From the IMG/VR virus record IMGVR_UViG_3300019288_000050, positions 3,150 through 67,149 of that record: a DNA stretch of 64,000 bases. One strand, written 5' to 3'. The DNA is from a virus (taxonomy: Duplodnaviria > Caudoviricetes). This document shows, in pieces, positions 54,932 through 64,000 of this stretch. Position 1 is the first letter of the stretch; every line of letters starts with the position of its first letter. The position numbers and the translations under genes were made by a program. The notes beneath the pieces are model-generated. The model saw nothing but the letters and a program-made list of their open reading frames with translations. It was not told the DNA's origin and searched no databases.

Positions 54932-55698
54932 ACGAGGTATATTTAGGTATATTGATTGTGCTTAATCTTGCATTGGCGATTTGCGTATTATTTGTTTTGT
55001 GCAGGCATCATAAGTTTGTGAAGCAACAATCTGGGCTAAAAGAAAACCTCAAAACAGAGATAAGAGGTATTGGCTTTTATGTGCGAATCATTGCTTATAT
55101 AGCGATATTCTTTTGTGTATGCGTTGCGATACATTACTTGGCATATATGTTGCCACGACAACTTGACGCACAAGCGCAGAATACCCACATCCAAAATCTT
55201 GGCGTGGATTATCTCGGGCTAATAGTAGCGATATTTGCTATTATAGTGACATTGCTTGTGGGGTGGCAGATATATAATACCATAAAAGTCAAAGATGAAT
55301 TTGATGATTTGAAGAAGTTAAAAAACGAAACGAAGCAAGAGGTTGATAAAGCCGTAAATCGCATATCAAGAGAGCTATGGCATTTATCTCCTGTGTTTTT
55401 ATCTGCACATAATGATTTTCTTCATAGATTTGAGGTAAATTTAAATATATTTAGCGCTACGGATAATGATAGCATATTGGCAAAATCACTATCCAGGGAA
55501 TTTTTGCTACAAAGTATGATGGAGATTGTCAAACTGTCACAATTGGAGCAAAAAGGGCTGATTAAATCCATAAAAGAAAAGTGCGATAAAAAGTCCATTG
55601 AAAGTCTATATTTGGAATTTCATACTTATTCCGATAAAGAGCGAAATGACACGTATAAAGGACTCAACAACCTCTTTTTAGAATTACTAAAAGACTAA
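54928..55698 (+). CDS. Membrane protein (immunity region)
   Basis: Three TM segments; AT-rich. Confidence 0.65.
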   Translation: MNEVYLGILIVLNLALAICVLFVLCRHHKFVKQQSGLKENLKTEIRGIGFYVRIIAYIAIFFCVCVAIHYLAYMLPRQLDAQAQNTHIQNLGVDYLGLIVAIFAIIVTLLVGWQIYNTIKVKDEFDDLKKLKNETKQEVDKAVNRISRELWHLSPVFLSAHNDFLHRFEVNLNIFSATDNDSILAKSLSREFLLQSMMEIVKLSQLEQKGLIKSIKEKCDKKSIESLYLEFHTYSDKERNDTYKGLNNLFLELLKD

Positions 55699-55703
55699 CC
55701 CCA

Positions 55704-56057
55704 ATGGAACTGAAAGAAAATAACACCACCCCCATCCAACGCCTCCGGGAGTTTGTCAAATGGGCGCAGGGTCAGGGACTCTGCAAGAGTGAGTACGACT
55801 TCGAGCGGATATGCAGCCTCTCGCCAAAGTACATATCCAACAATATGCACACCGGCAAGGGCAATATCGGCACTGAAATGCTCGGACGCATCATCAAGGC
55901 GTTCCCGCAGCTCAACCTTGCGTGGATATGCACCGGTGAGGGAGCGATGACTATGCAGGGAGGCGGCGACCTCAACGCTGACTACAAGTTGGCATACGAG
56001 GGAGCAATGATGCAGGTGGAGGCACTTAATAGGATAATCAAACAACTTAATCAATAA
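55704..56057 (+). CDS. Second XRE-like HTH protein
   Basis: FPQLNLAWICTGEGAM. Confidence 0.75.
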   Translation: MELKENNTTPIQRLREFVKWAQGQGLCKSEYDFERICSLSPKYISNNMHTGKGNIGTEMLGRIIKAFPQLNLAWICTGEGAMTMQGGGDLNADYKLAYEGAMMQVEALNRIIKQLNQ

Positions 56058-56061
56058 CAAC

Positions 56062-56595
56062 ATGAAAAAGTTTTTACTCATGCTGACACTGATTGTGCCG
56101 ATGCTCTTGCAAGCGGAAATAACAAGAGAAAACATAGCTATTTCGGATTATGATTTGACGCTTTCAGGCGTTGAAAAGGTTGATAGTCTAACTGCCAAAG
56201 ATTTGTATAATGCTGCTTTGGTTTGGATTGCCAAAGAGTATGCACAACCGCAGGATTATATAAAGGAAAACTCCTTTGACAAAATCATCCTCAACGGAAG
56301 ACTCGGAGCACAAATTAATGGAGATAAGTGCATCAACTGCACGTTGATTTTGCAATTCAAAGATGGTAGATACAAATGGAACATTCAAGATTGCTTCTAC
56401 CTTGAAGATGAATTAGGTTTAATTATGGGGCATAGCGACCGACCTCTAATGGCCTTGCCTCGCTATAACAGACCGAGTAGGTTCAGTGATATAATTAATG
56501 ATTTTTCTTCAATGGTTGATTCATTTAGGAAATCAATTTCAGAATATCAACCTGGCATTACGCCAATTCCTGAAAATTTATCCGCAGATTGGTAA
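56062..56595 (+). CDS. Secreted DUF4468-like protein
   Basis: Signal peptide; LYNAALVWIA, ILQFKDGRYK. Confidence 0.7.
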   Translation: MKKFLLMLTLIVPMLLQAEITRENIAISDYDLTLSGVEKVDSLTAKDLYNAALVWIAKEYAQPQDYIKENSFDKIILNGRLGAQINGDKCINCTLILQFKDGRYKWNIQDCFYLEDELGLIMGHSDRPLMALPRYNRPSRFSDIINDFSSMVDSFRKSISEYQPGITPIPENLSADW

Positions 56596-56666
56596 TCTAA
56601 AGATTTCCCATTTCCCACAAAATAACTACCTTTGCAGTAGTTTATAAACCATAGGGCATATCGCCT

Positions 56667-56720
56667 AAAGCCAAAAGAGCTTATTTCAGACTTCGGTCTG
56701 CGATAGGCTCTTTTAATTTT
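56667..56720 (+). terminator. Conserved late-operon leader-terminator, copy 3
   Basis: AAAGCC AAAAGAGCTTAT..[CAGAC TTCG GTCTG]..ATAGGCTCTTTT AATTTT; promoter TACCTTTG 56627-34. Confidence 0.82.
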
Positions 56721-56727
56721 TAGGAAT

Positions 56728-59700
56728 ATGCCGGAACTTGGCTCGCTGTGGTATTCGGTCGGTCTGAAAGACCTCACCGATGCCGACATCAAGAAGATAA
56801 ACGAAAAGCTGAAAAGCTTAGGCTCGGACTTGTTTCTCAATCCGAAGCTCGCAAAGTCTGTCACAGAGATACTGCCGAAAGGGATTAAGCTGGAACTTGA
56901 ACCCCAACTAAAAGCAGTGTCAAACGAAGCCCTCGCAAAAGCCGTCGAGGGCAAGGTGATGAGAGTGGAGATTGCTCCACTGCTCACCAATCTGCGCAAG
57001 GCCCTTAAAGCCGCAACAAAGGACAATCCGCCGGAGGTTGAGGTTGGGGTGCAGGCTGCCAAGCTGCGCACAATAATTCAGAATGTCCTGAACAAACAGG
57101 GCTTCATGCTCAACATTTCCACCGTCAACGACAACTATTCAAAGGTAGTCCAGCAGAAGCTCAACGGCACCCGATATACAGTCAAAATCCATGCCGACGC
57201 AAAGGAGATAACCCGGAGCGTGCAAGCCTCGCTAATGCAGGTGCAGAGCCGGGCGTTCGGCTTGCAGATAAGCCGCGATATTCTCTACCGCTCGATTGAC
57301 GATGCGTTGGGACATAAGCGGTTTATCATTAACGTTGCAGTGCAGCACGACCAAGCGAGAAAAGCCGTGCAGGACGCACTGCTGAGGGCGCAGGTGATTG
57401 GCAAAGACCAGGCACTTGCCTATCAGCGTTTGCAGACAGGCGAACTGAAAGCGGCGCAGGCGGAACTTGCAAGGCTCAAAGCAGCCCACATGGGAGCCGC
57501 AGATGCGGCAAAAGCACACGCTACTGCCTCAATCAACCTCGGCGGCGCACTCGGAAGCAACATCAAGATTGCCGGTGAACTAAGCTCGGCAATGGCTTCG
57601 CTGTATTCAGTCCATGCTGCCAAGGAATTTCTCTCGCAGGTGATTGAGATTGGCGGTGAACTGGAGCATCAGAAAATCGCTATGGACACTATCTTTGGCG
57701 ACAAGGGCAAGACCTCGGAACTGTTCGGACAAATCAAAGGGCTGGCGCGTCAATCGCCTTTCGGTGTGATGGAGCTTACCAAGTCAGTCAAAGCTCTGTC
57801 AGCATACGGCGTACAATACAACGAGATTTACGACACCGCCAAGCGGCTTGCCGACATATCGGCTGCGACCTCGGTTGACATCAATCGTCTTATCCTCGCT
57901 TTCGGTAAAACCAAATCACGCGGATTCCTCGACGGTTTGGAGGCGAAGCAGTTTGCCTATGCCAACATTCCTATCTATGAAATGGTGCGCCGGAAGCTGG
58001 AGGAATTGGAGGGACAGGCTGTCACCACGGCGCAGGTGATGGAGCGCATGAAGAAGCGTGAAATCGGCTTCGACATCGTGAAAGACGTGCTGTGGGATAT
58101 GACCGATGAGGGCGGCAAGTTCTACAACATGCAGGAAGCCCTCGCTGGTTCGGTCAAGACCTCATGGAAACTCGTGCGTGACAACATCGAGCTTATGTTC
58201 GGCGAGATTGCGGAGTCAAGTGTGGGTGGTGCGTTAAAAGACGTTGCTGAAACTTTGCAGGTACTCACCCGTAACTGGAGAGCAATGGGAACAATGATTG
58301 GTGCTTCGGCGGCTGCATTTGGGGTGTATAAGGTTGCTGTGGCTGCATCAAATGCCATGATGGGGCAAGCCAACGTCCTTGCATTGCAGAAAGCCACAGC
58401 CTCAAACAAGGTTGCTGCGGCTAATGCGATGGAGGCGGCTTCTTATCGTGTATTGACACAAGCGGAAGACTATGCGATACTTGCGAAAAGCGGATTAGCG
58501 AAGCTCAATCGGTCGCTATTATTATCTCATAGAGCTTTGACCGAGGCTGAGTGGGATGCGGTATTAGCGAGCAAGGCGGTTAGCAATGATTACATACTGC
58601 GTCGGATAGCGTTAGGCAGACTTACTCAGGCTGAAATTGACTACCTTATTTCCATTGAGGCTGTAAGCGCAGCAGAGGTTCAAACAGCTATGAGAGCGCA
58701 AGGATTGAAAGTTTCCCTCGCCTCACTATACGCCACAATGAAAGCCGGAGCAGCTTCCGCATGGGCTTCCACATTGAACTTCTTTACTCGCATTAAGGCT
58801 GGGATAGTCGGAGTGGGTGTTAGTGTGCAAAAGCTAAATTTCGCATCTTTCACAGCGTCCATCCGCAACGCTTTTGCAAATGCTTTGACGTGGATAAGAA
58901 CACTTCCAACACGCATTGCACATGCGGAGGTCAGTGTGACCCGCCTTAAACTCGCATTTAGCGGACTTGGGCGGGCGATGTCAAGCATCGGCGCATTCCT
59001 GCTTAATCCTGTGACAATCGCAATGGCTGCAATCGGCGGTCTTATGTACGCATGGCAGAAAAACAACGAGCAAATGGAGAAAGCCAAGGAGATTGGGGAT
59101 AACATATTCACCAAAGCCTCCGAGGGAGCGAACAATCTCAAACAGACGCTAAAAGAGATAAAACCCTCTGCCGGACTTTCAGATCACGAACTTTCACAGG
59201 GCATTGAGCAACTGGAACAAGCCATCAAGGACTATTCGCCAAGGCCTTTGCAGGATATTAACGACACCCTTATTGCGCAGGACGGTCATGTGCTGACCCT
59301 TGCCGAAAGATACGAAGCCCTTAAAAAGAAAGTCGAGGAGGTCAAGGCCGCATACGACTTGATGGGCGATTTGGAGAATGGTGACGTTGGCACTATGGTA
59401 TCGGATGCCATCAAATCAACCGGCGGACTTCTTAACGACGTTGTGACGGTTAACGCAAAAGACTACACCGAAGCAATAAAGCGTCGTAGCGATGCTATCC
59501 GTGAAGCCACGGTAGAGGATGCACGCTGGGTGAAAAAAGCCGTTGATGCAGCCATAAAGGCTGACGGAGAGTTCGCAAAAGTCGCTGCCGGAATGAAAAA
59601 CACCGCAGCAATGTTTAATGAACTTGCGTCAAATCCCGAAAAATACGGCATGGAGTATGCCCTGCCGGAAGTCAGTGTTATCTTGACAACATCCGATATT

Positions 59701-62700
59701 CTTGGTATTAATCGTAGCATTGATGAAGATAGGGCAAAGTTTGAGTCTGATGTGCAGGATTTCATAAAAGACCTTACCGCAAACATCCGCATTACATGGG
59801 ACAAGGAGATAAAAGACCTTGACAATAGCCAAAAAGATGCCCTTGCCATCTCTCTGAAAAATATGCTCGACCAAGCCGAGGGAGTGAGTGAGGAAGTCAA
59901 AATGCAGTGGGCTAAAATCCTTGAAAAAGCATTTGGCTTAGATTTAGGCTTTAAGGTTGATGCAACATCCCTTATTGGCGATGATTTTGCTGCCAATATG
60001 GAGAAAAGTCTTGGTAAAGAACTTGCCGACAAGGTGCGCCGAGGTGTCACGCTGACACCCGAAGAAAAAGCAAAGGTTCGCAAGGCTATATATGAGTCCT
60101 ATAAATCGGTTTTTGAGCGCTCCGATGAAGATGTGCGTCGTGCGCTTAACGACGTGATGCGTGGCAAAGATGCGCAGTTAAAAACCTCTGGACTTATTAT
60201 CAACAAGCTCAACAGAAACGTCAATGCTACTGATTGGCAACAGCAGATACTTGATGCTCTTGGTGATACCGACCTAACGGGAATTGAGATAAAAATTACA
60301 GGACACTCCGACATCAACTCATTTATCGATGAGGCTCGAAAAGGCTACAAGGCGGCTAATGAGGCTATAAAAGAGTTAAAGCCGATACTCATTAAGGCTG
60401 GGATTGATTTTACAGACGGCGAGGAAATCACCGCAGTGCCATTATCGCTCAAAGGTAATGATATTGCCCTGCAAGCCATTGATGAATACAATAAGAAGAT
60501 ACAAGCCACAAAAGCGATTAAGGAAGCCTTGAAAGCACAAGGCATAGACCTTGACGTCGACCCAAACAAAAATCAGCGCGCCTCGCAGAAAGACCCCCTC
60601 GCCGAATCCCTCAAACAACGCTTCAAGGACATCAAGGACGCATGGAGCGAGTTCCAGAAGTGGAGCAAGACCGAGGGTAGGGAGGCAGCGGCAACTCGCA
60701 TCGGCGAGAGCGGGCTGTTCTCCACGTTGTCGGCTGACAAGATTCCGCAGACGGTTGAGGAGTACCGCGCATTGGTCGTGGAGCTTGAAAACGAGCTACG
60801 CCAAGCCGGAGTGAAAGGCACGGCAAGGGAAAGTCTGCTCAACGACCTGCTGAAACAGTTGCTCGACATTGACAAGACGGTGGTTGACGAACAGCTCAAA
60901 CTCGCCCTCGACAAGGTGAGCAAGGAGGCGGAGCGTCAGCTTGCCGACTGGAATCTCTTTGACAAAATCCGCAAGGCGACCGGCAACCAAGGCCTCGCCA
61001 TGAGCATCGCCTTCGGAATGAACACCACAGCCGAGACGGACTATCCGGCGATGATTAAGCAGCAGCTTCAAAAAACGGTTGAGGCTGCGGAGTCCGCGCT
61101 GTCGAAAGCGATACCCAAAGAGGGCGAATCGCCATACAAGGTTCAAGGCTACACCTACGACAAACTGAAAGAACTATATGATGCCCGCGACACCGACAAA
61201 GGTATGCAGGAATGGGTGGCAGTCCCCGAAGACATCCGCAAGGCGTGGGAGAAAGCCAACGGCGACATCCTTAAATATTTCGACCAGCAGAGGGAGTCGG
61301 TAGCTAATATCCTCAACGAATATCAGACGTTACAGGACAAGATAAGTGCAATTAATGCCAAGCGCAACCTCGCCCTCGAAACCATAAACGCAAAGAATGA
61401 GCGAGGAGAATACATCCTTTCGGATGAGGAGCGTGCCAAAAGGGCAAGCGTTGTCAACACGCAAGCTGATTATGATATTTTCACGCAGTCCAACGACTAC
61501 CTGCGTTTCTTTAATGATATATATGGTCTGACTATGGATGAGGCAAACCGAATCGGCGACCTTATCCAGCTCAACCTTAACCGAAAGCTGCAAGATGGGC
61601 TTATAACCATCTATGATTATGAGCAGCAGATGGAGAAAGTGCGCAAACAGTTGGAGGCTCTGCGCAACGTCAAGTCTGATGCCATGACTTTCCTTACAGG
61701 AGGTCTGAAAGGTCTTAATCAGAAAAAGCTGCAAAAAGCTGAGGGAGAACTCGCAAACAACGCTGACTACCAAAAGGCACTCAAAAAACAGATTGCCGCC
61801 CAAAATGCTCTTAATAAGGCGCAGGAAGATGGTGATGAAGAAGCTATTAAGGCTGCGGAAGCACAGCTTGCCCTTGCCAATCAATCTGTCAAGGTGTTTA
61901 CCAAAATTCGGGATGCGATTATTGCTGACCAAGAGAAAATGCAGAATATTCTCGATGTCACCAATATTGCCGCCAACATTGCCGGAGGCATGTCGGACGC
62001 ATTCAACACCCTGCGCGACATGGCAGACTCTTTCGGATTCGACACGGAAAGCAACGCATGGGAGACTGCGGCGGCTGTAATGGATACGCTTACCACTGTC
62101 ACAAGCGGGGTGTCTAAGGTCGTACAATCTGCAATGAATGGCGACATAGGTGGAGTAATATCCGGCACATTCGACACGTTGCTGACTCCCTTTACCATCT
62201 GGAATAAACTCCATGACAAGAAATTGCAGAAGATGATCGAACGCTCCAAGGAGGCAGCTCAGATTATGCAGAACCAATACGACATATTGGAGAAGCAGAT
62301 GGCTAACTTCCTGGGCAACGCAGCCAATATGAAAGTCGAGGGCTATTCCGGCGAGGGCGGTGCATACGGCAAGCAACTCGAACTTATGAAAGGTCAGCTT
62401 GCTGAGCTGGAGAAGCAGCGGCAACTGGAAATAGACAAGAAGAAAACTGATGACTCCGTTGTCGAGGACTACAACAAGCAGATTGAGGAAATGAAAATTG
62501 CCATACAGGACTTCGCCATTGAAGCGGCAAATGCCCTTTATGGTATCGACCTCAACGGCTGGGCGCAGCAGATAGGCGATGCGCTTGTGGATGCTTTTGC
62601 CAAAGGAGAGGATGCAGCCGAGGCGTTTGACAAGACGGTTGCAGACATCATGCGCTCCGTTGTTAAGAGCATTATTGCCACGGAAGTTATAGCTCCGGCT

Positions 62701-63228
62701 ATGGAGAGATTGAGAGATTATCTCTTTGGCGACAATGGCGTGTTTGCTAATTACAAGACTGGTGGTGACTTCAAACTATCGGCACAGGACGCTGTTGGTC
62801 TTGCGAATGAATTGAACGGAGTTAAAGACGAAATCGCTGCCGCAAAAGATATTTGGGATTATATCAATGACAGTTTGGGCGGGATGCTTGATGATACAGA
62901 AAGTACAAAGAGCGGACTATCTGCCGGAATACAATCCCTCACCGAAGACACGGGTAGTCTTGTAGCCTCCTACTGCAACGGCATACGTGGGGATGTATCG
63001 GTGCAGACCCATGACTATTGGCCCCGCTTGCTTGACGATGCTCTCCCGCAGATGAACATCATAGCGCAGTCACAGCTCGACACTCAGCGTCAGATAGCGG
63101 AGAATACCCTGCGCAATGCCGTGGCGGCTGAGGCAATACAAGCGTCAACCGCCAAGCTGGTAGAGCTTAATGACCAGATGGGACGCTCATGGCGCAGAAT
63201 AGCAGAAAGGAATTGGGGATATTCATAA
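56728..63228 (+). CDS. Tape measure protein (2166 aa)
   Basis: Ala-rich helical protein with tape-measure domain (SPFGVMELT...AYG, DINRLILAFGK, GGKFYNM). Confidence 0.92.
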   Translation: MPELGSLWYSVGLKDLTDADIKKINEKLKSLGSDLFLNPKLAKSVTEILPKGIKLELEPQLKAVSNEALAKAVEGKVMRVEIAPLLTNLRKALKAATKDNPPEVEVGVQAAKLRTIIQNVLNKQGFMLNISTVNDNYSKVVQQKLNGTRYTVKIHADAKEITRSVQASLMQVQSRAFGLQISRDILYRSIDDALGHKRFIINVAVQHDQARKAVQDALLRAQVIGKDQALAYQRLQTGELKAAQAELARLKAAHMGAADAAKAHATASINLGGALGSNIKIAGELSSAMASLYSVHAAKEFLSQVIEIGGELEHQKIAMDTIFGDKGKTSELFGQIKGLARQSPFGVMELTKSVKALSAYGVQYNEIYDTAKRLADISAATSVDINRLILAFGKTKSRGFLDGLEAKQFAYANIPIYEMVRRKLEELEGQAVTTAQVMERMKKREIGFDIVKDVLWDMTDEGGKFYNMQEALAGSVKTSWKLVRDNIELMFGEIAESSVGGALKDVAETLQVLTRNWRAMGTMIGASAAAFGVYKVAVAASNAMMGQANVLALQKATASNKVAAANAMEAASYRVLTQAEDYAILAKSGLAKLNRSLLLSHRALTEAEWDAVLASKAVSNDYILRRIALGRLTQAEIDYLISIEAVSAAEVQTAMRAQGLKVSLASLYATMKAGAASAWASTLNFFTRIKAGIVGVGVSVQKLNFASFTASIRNAFANALTWIRTLPTRIAHAEVSVTRLKLAFSGLGRAMSSIGAFLLNPVTIAMAAIGGLMYAWQKNNEQMEKAKEIGDNIFTKASEGANNLKQTLKEIKPSAGLSDHELSQGIEQLEQAIKDYSPRPLQDINDTLIAQDGHVLTLAERYEALKKKVEEVKAAYDLMGDLENGDVGTMVSDAIKSTGGLLNDVVTVNAKDYTEAIKRRSDAIREATVEDARWVKKAVDAAIKADGEFAKVAAGMKNTAAMFNELASNPEKYGMEYALPEVSVILTTSDILGINRSIDEDRAKFESDVQDFIKDLTANIRITWDKEIKDLDNSQKDALAISLKNMLDQAEGVSEEVKMQWAKILEKAFGLDLGFKVDATSLIGDDFAANMEKSLGKELADKVRRGVTLTPEEKAKVRKAIYESYKSVFERSDEDVRRALNDVMRGKDAQLKTSGLIINKLNRNVNATDWQQQILDALGDTDLTGIEIKITGHSDINSFIDEARKGYKAANEAIKELKPILIKAGIDFTDGEEITAVPLSLKGNDIALQAIDEYNKKIQATKAIKEALKAQGIDLDVDPNKNQRASQKDPLAESLKQRFKDIKDAWSEFQKWSKTEGREAAATRIGESGLFSTLSADKIPQTVEEYRALVVELENELRQAGVKGTARESLLNDLLKQLLDIDKTVVDEQLKLALDKVSKEAERQLADWNLFDKIRKATGNQGLAMSIAFGMNTTAETDYPAMIKQQLQKTVEAAESALSKAIPKEGESPYKVQGYTYDKLKELYDARDTDKGMQEWVAVPEDIRKAWEKANGDILKYFDQQRESVANILNEYQTLQDKISAINAKRNLALETINAKNERGEYILSDEERAKRASVVNTQADYDIFTQSNDYLRFFNDIYGLTMDEANRIGDLIQLNLNRKLQDGLITIYDYEQQMEKVRKQLEALRNVKSDAMTFLTGGLKGLNQKKLQKAEGELANNADYQKALKKQIAAQNALNKAQEDGDEEAIKAAEAQLALANQSVKVFTKIRDAIIADQEKMQNILDVTNIAANIAGGMSDAFNTLRDMADSFGFDTESNAWETAAAVMDTLTTVTSGVSKVVQSAMNGDIGGVISGTFDTLLTPFTIWNKLHDKKLQKMIERSKEAAQIMQNQYDILEKQMANFLGNAANMKVEGYSGEGGAYGKQLELMKGQLAELEKQRQLEIDKKKTDDSVVEDYNKQIEEMKIAIQDFAIEAANALYGIDLNGWAQQIGDALVDAFAKGEDAAEAFDKTVADIMRSVVKSIIATEVIAPAMERLRDYLFGDNGVFANYKTGGDFKLSAQDAVGLANELNGVKDEIAAAKDIWDYINDSLGGMLDDTESTKSGLSAGIQSLTEDTGSLVASYCNGIRGDVSVQTHDYWPRLLDDALPQMNIIAQSQLDTQRQIAENTLRNAVAAEAIQASTAKLVELNDQMGRSWRRIAERNWGYS

Positions 63229-63265
63229 ATAACAGAGGGAGGCGATTTGTGCCTCCCTCAAACCG

Positions 63266-63505
63266 TTACCCAACTCTTACAAGTTTCAAAACAAGAGTTA
63301 GCTGTTCTTTTCTGTCGCTGTCTCTATCCCAAGCCACATACTCAGAAGCAACTTCATCAACGCCGAGAACGATGCGCCCTCGCACCTCATACGAATTGCC
63401 TTTGTGCATAACTATCGTGCCGGGAACGGACAAGGCTCTCTCAGTGGAGAATCCAGCAGGGATTTCAAGCTGCTCACCCTCAAAGTCTAAAATTAGTTTA
63501 TCCAT
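63266..63505 (-). CDS. Hypothetical protein (moron)
   Basis: Start MDKLILDF; own minus-strand TAATTTTG promoter; hairpin GAGGGAGGC/GCCTCCCTC downstream. Confidence 0.5.
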   Translation of the reverse strand: MDKLILDFEGEQLEIPAGFSTERALSVPGTIVMHKGNSYEVRGRIVLGVDEVASEYVAWDRDSDRKEQLTLVLKLVRVG

Positions 63506-63550
63506 ATAGTTCTGAATTGGTTTTTCAAAATTACAAATAAAACTCGAAAT

Positions 63551-64000
63551 ATGAACAATCTTAGCGAAACACTCAAACAGCAAGCCGTGGATTTGGGGCT
63601 GTGCCGTCCTTGGACGGAGGCATGGGGCGACTGCGACCAGCAGGAGTTGATTGACAAGTATAAAAAAGGCATCGACTTCTGCATTGACAAGCAGTACCCC
63701 TCAAACGAGTTTATCAAGGCAAACTTCGACCGGGCACTGCTCAACGCCAACCTTATCTTCGTCGACGAGCATATACGGCTTGACGATGCTCCGAGCGGAA
63801 TCTATATCCTCAACGGCGAATGCTCCGGCTCTATTCGCTTCGCTCCGTGGACTGCGGCGACCGTCTATGTCCGGCATACCTCCAACGTCAGAATCATCGC
63901 CGGAGACTTTGCCAAGGTGTTCGTGCGGCTCTATGATGAGGCTGAGGTCAAGACCGAGGCTGAGGAGAGTGCGGTTGTGAGGGTGTACGATAGGAGATAA
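63551..64000 (+). CDS. Tail-associated protein following tape measure
   Basis: 149 aa, LKQQAVDLGLCRPWTEAW. Confidence 0.6.
   Translation: MNNLSETLKQQAVDLGLCRPWTEAWGDCDQQELIDKYKKGIDFCIDKQYPSNEFIKANFDRALLNANLIFVDEHIRLDDAPSGIYILNGECSGSIRFAPWTAATVYVRHTSNVRIIAGDFAKVFVRLYDEAEVKTEAEESAVVRVYDRR

Noticed and set aside
1-64000. CRISPR array or stop-codon reassignment (code 15)
   Set aside because: No regularly spaced repeats seen. Long genes are intact in the standard code, and TAG ends genes such as TerS and dUTPase at sensible positions.

Overview
The whole window looks like part of one temperate tailed dsDNA phage (siphovirus-like, long tape measure protein) of a Bacteroidales host, judged from TAnnTTTG -7 promoters and Bacteroidetes-type genes. 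No host housekeeping genes are evident. Structural genes are split into four separately promoted blocks: capsid-decoration-scaffold (minus, running off the left edge), TerL-portal-head morphogenesis, tail hub/fibre-lysis, and tape measure. Three of these blocks begin with a near-identical RNA leader-terminator (AAAGCC-AAGAGCUU...AGGCUCUUUU) and the TerL block has a variant. A Mu Com-like zinc-finger gene heads the capsid operon. Other highlights: a Gly1 class-3 intein with a LAGLIDADG endonuclease in TerL; a Ro60/TROVE gene preceded by two YrlA-type tRNA-mimic Y RNAs; three tRNAs plus two aberrant tRNA-like RNAs; an RlmN/Cfr-like radical SAM methyltransferase; an Mpi-like serine invertase; two apparently independent replication modules; a GC-rich swapped tail-fibre segment; a poly-G frameshifted gene; a three-way-junction RNA with complementary loops; and an unexplained multi-gene cassette after the lysis genes. 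Product calls come from motifs recognised by eye. No database searches or folding programs were run.
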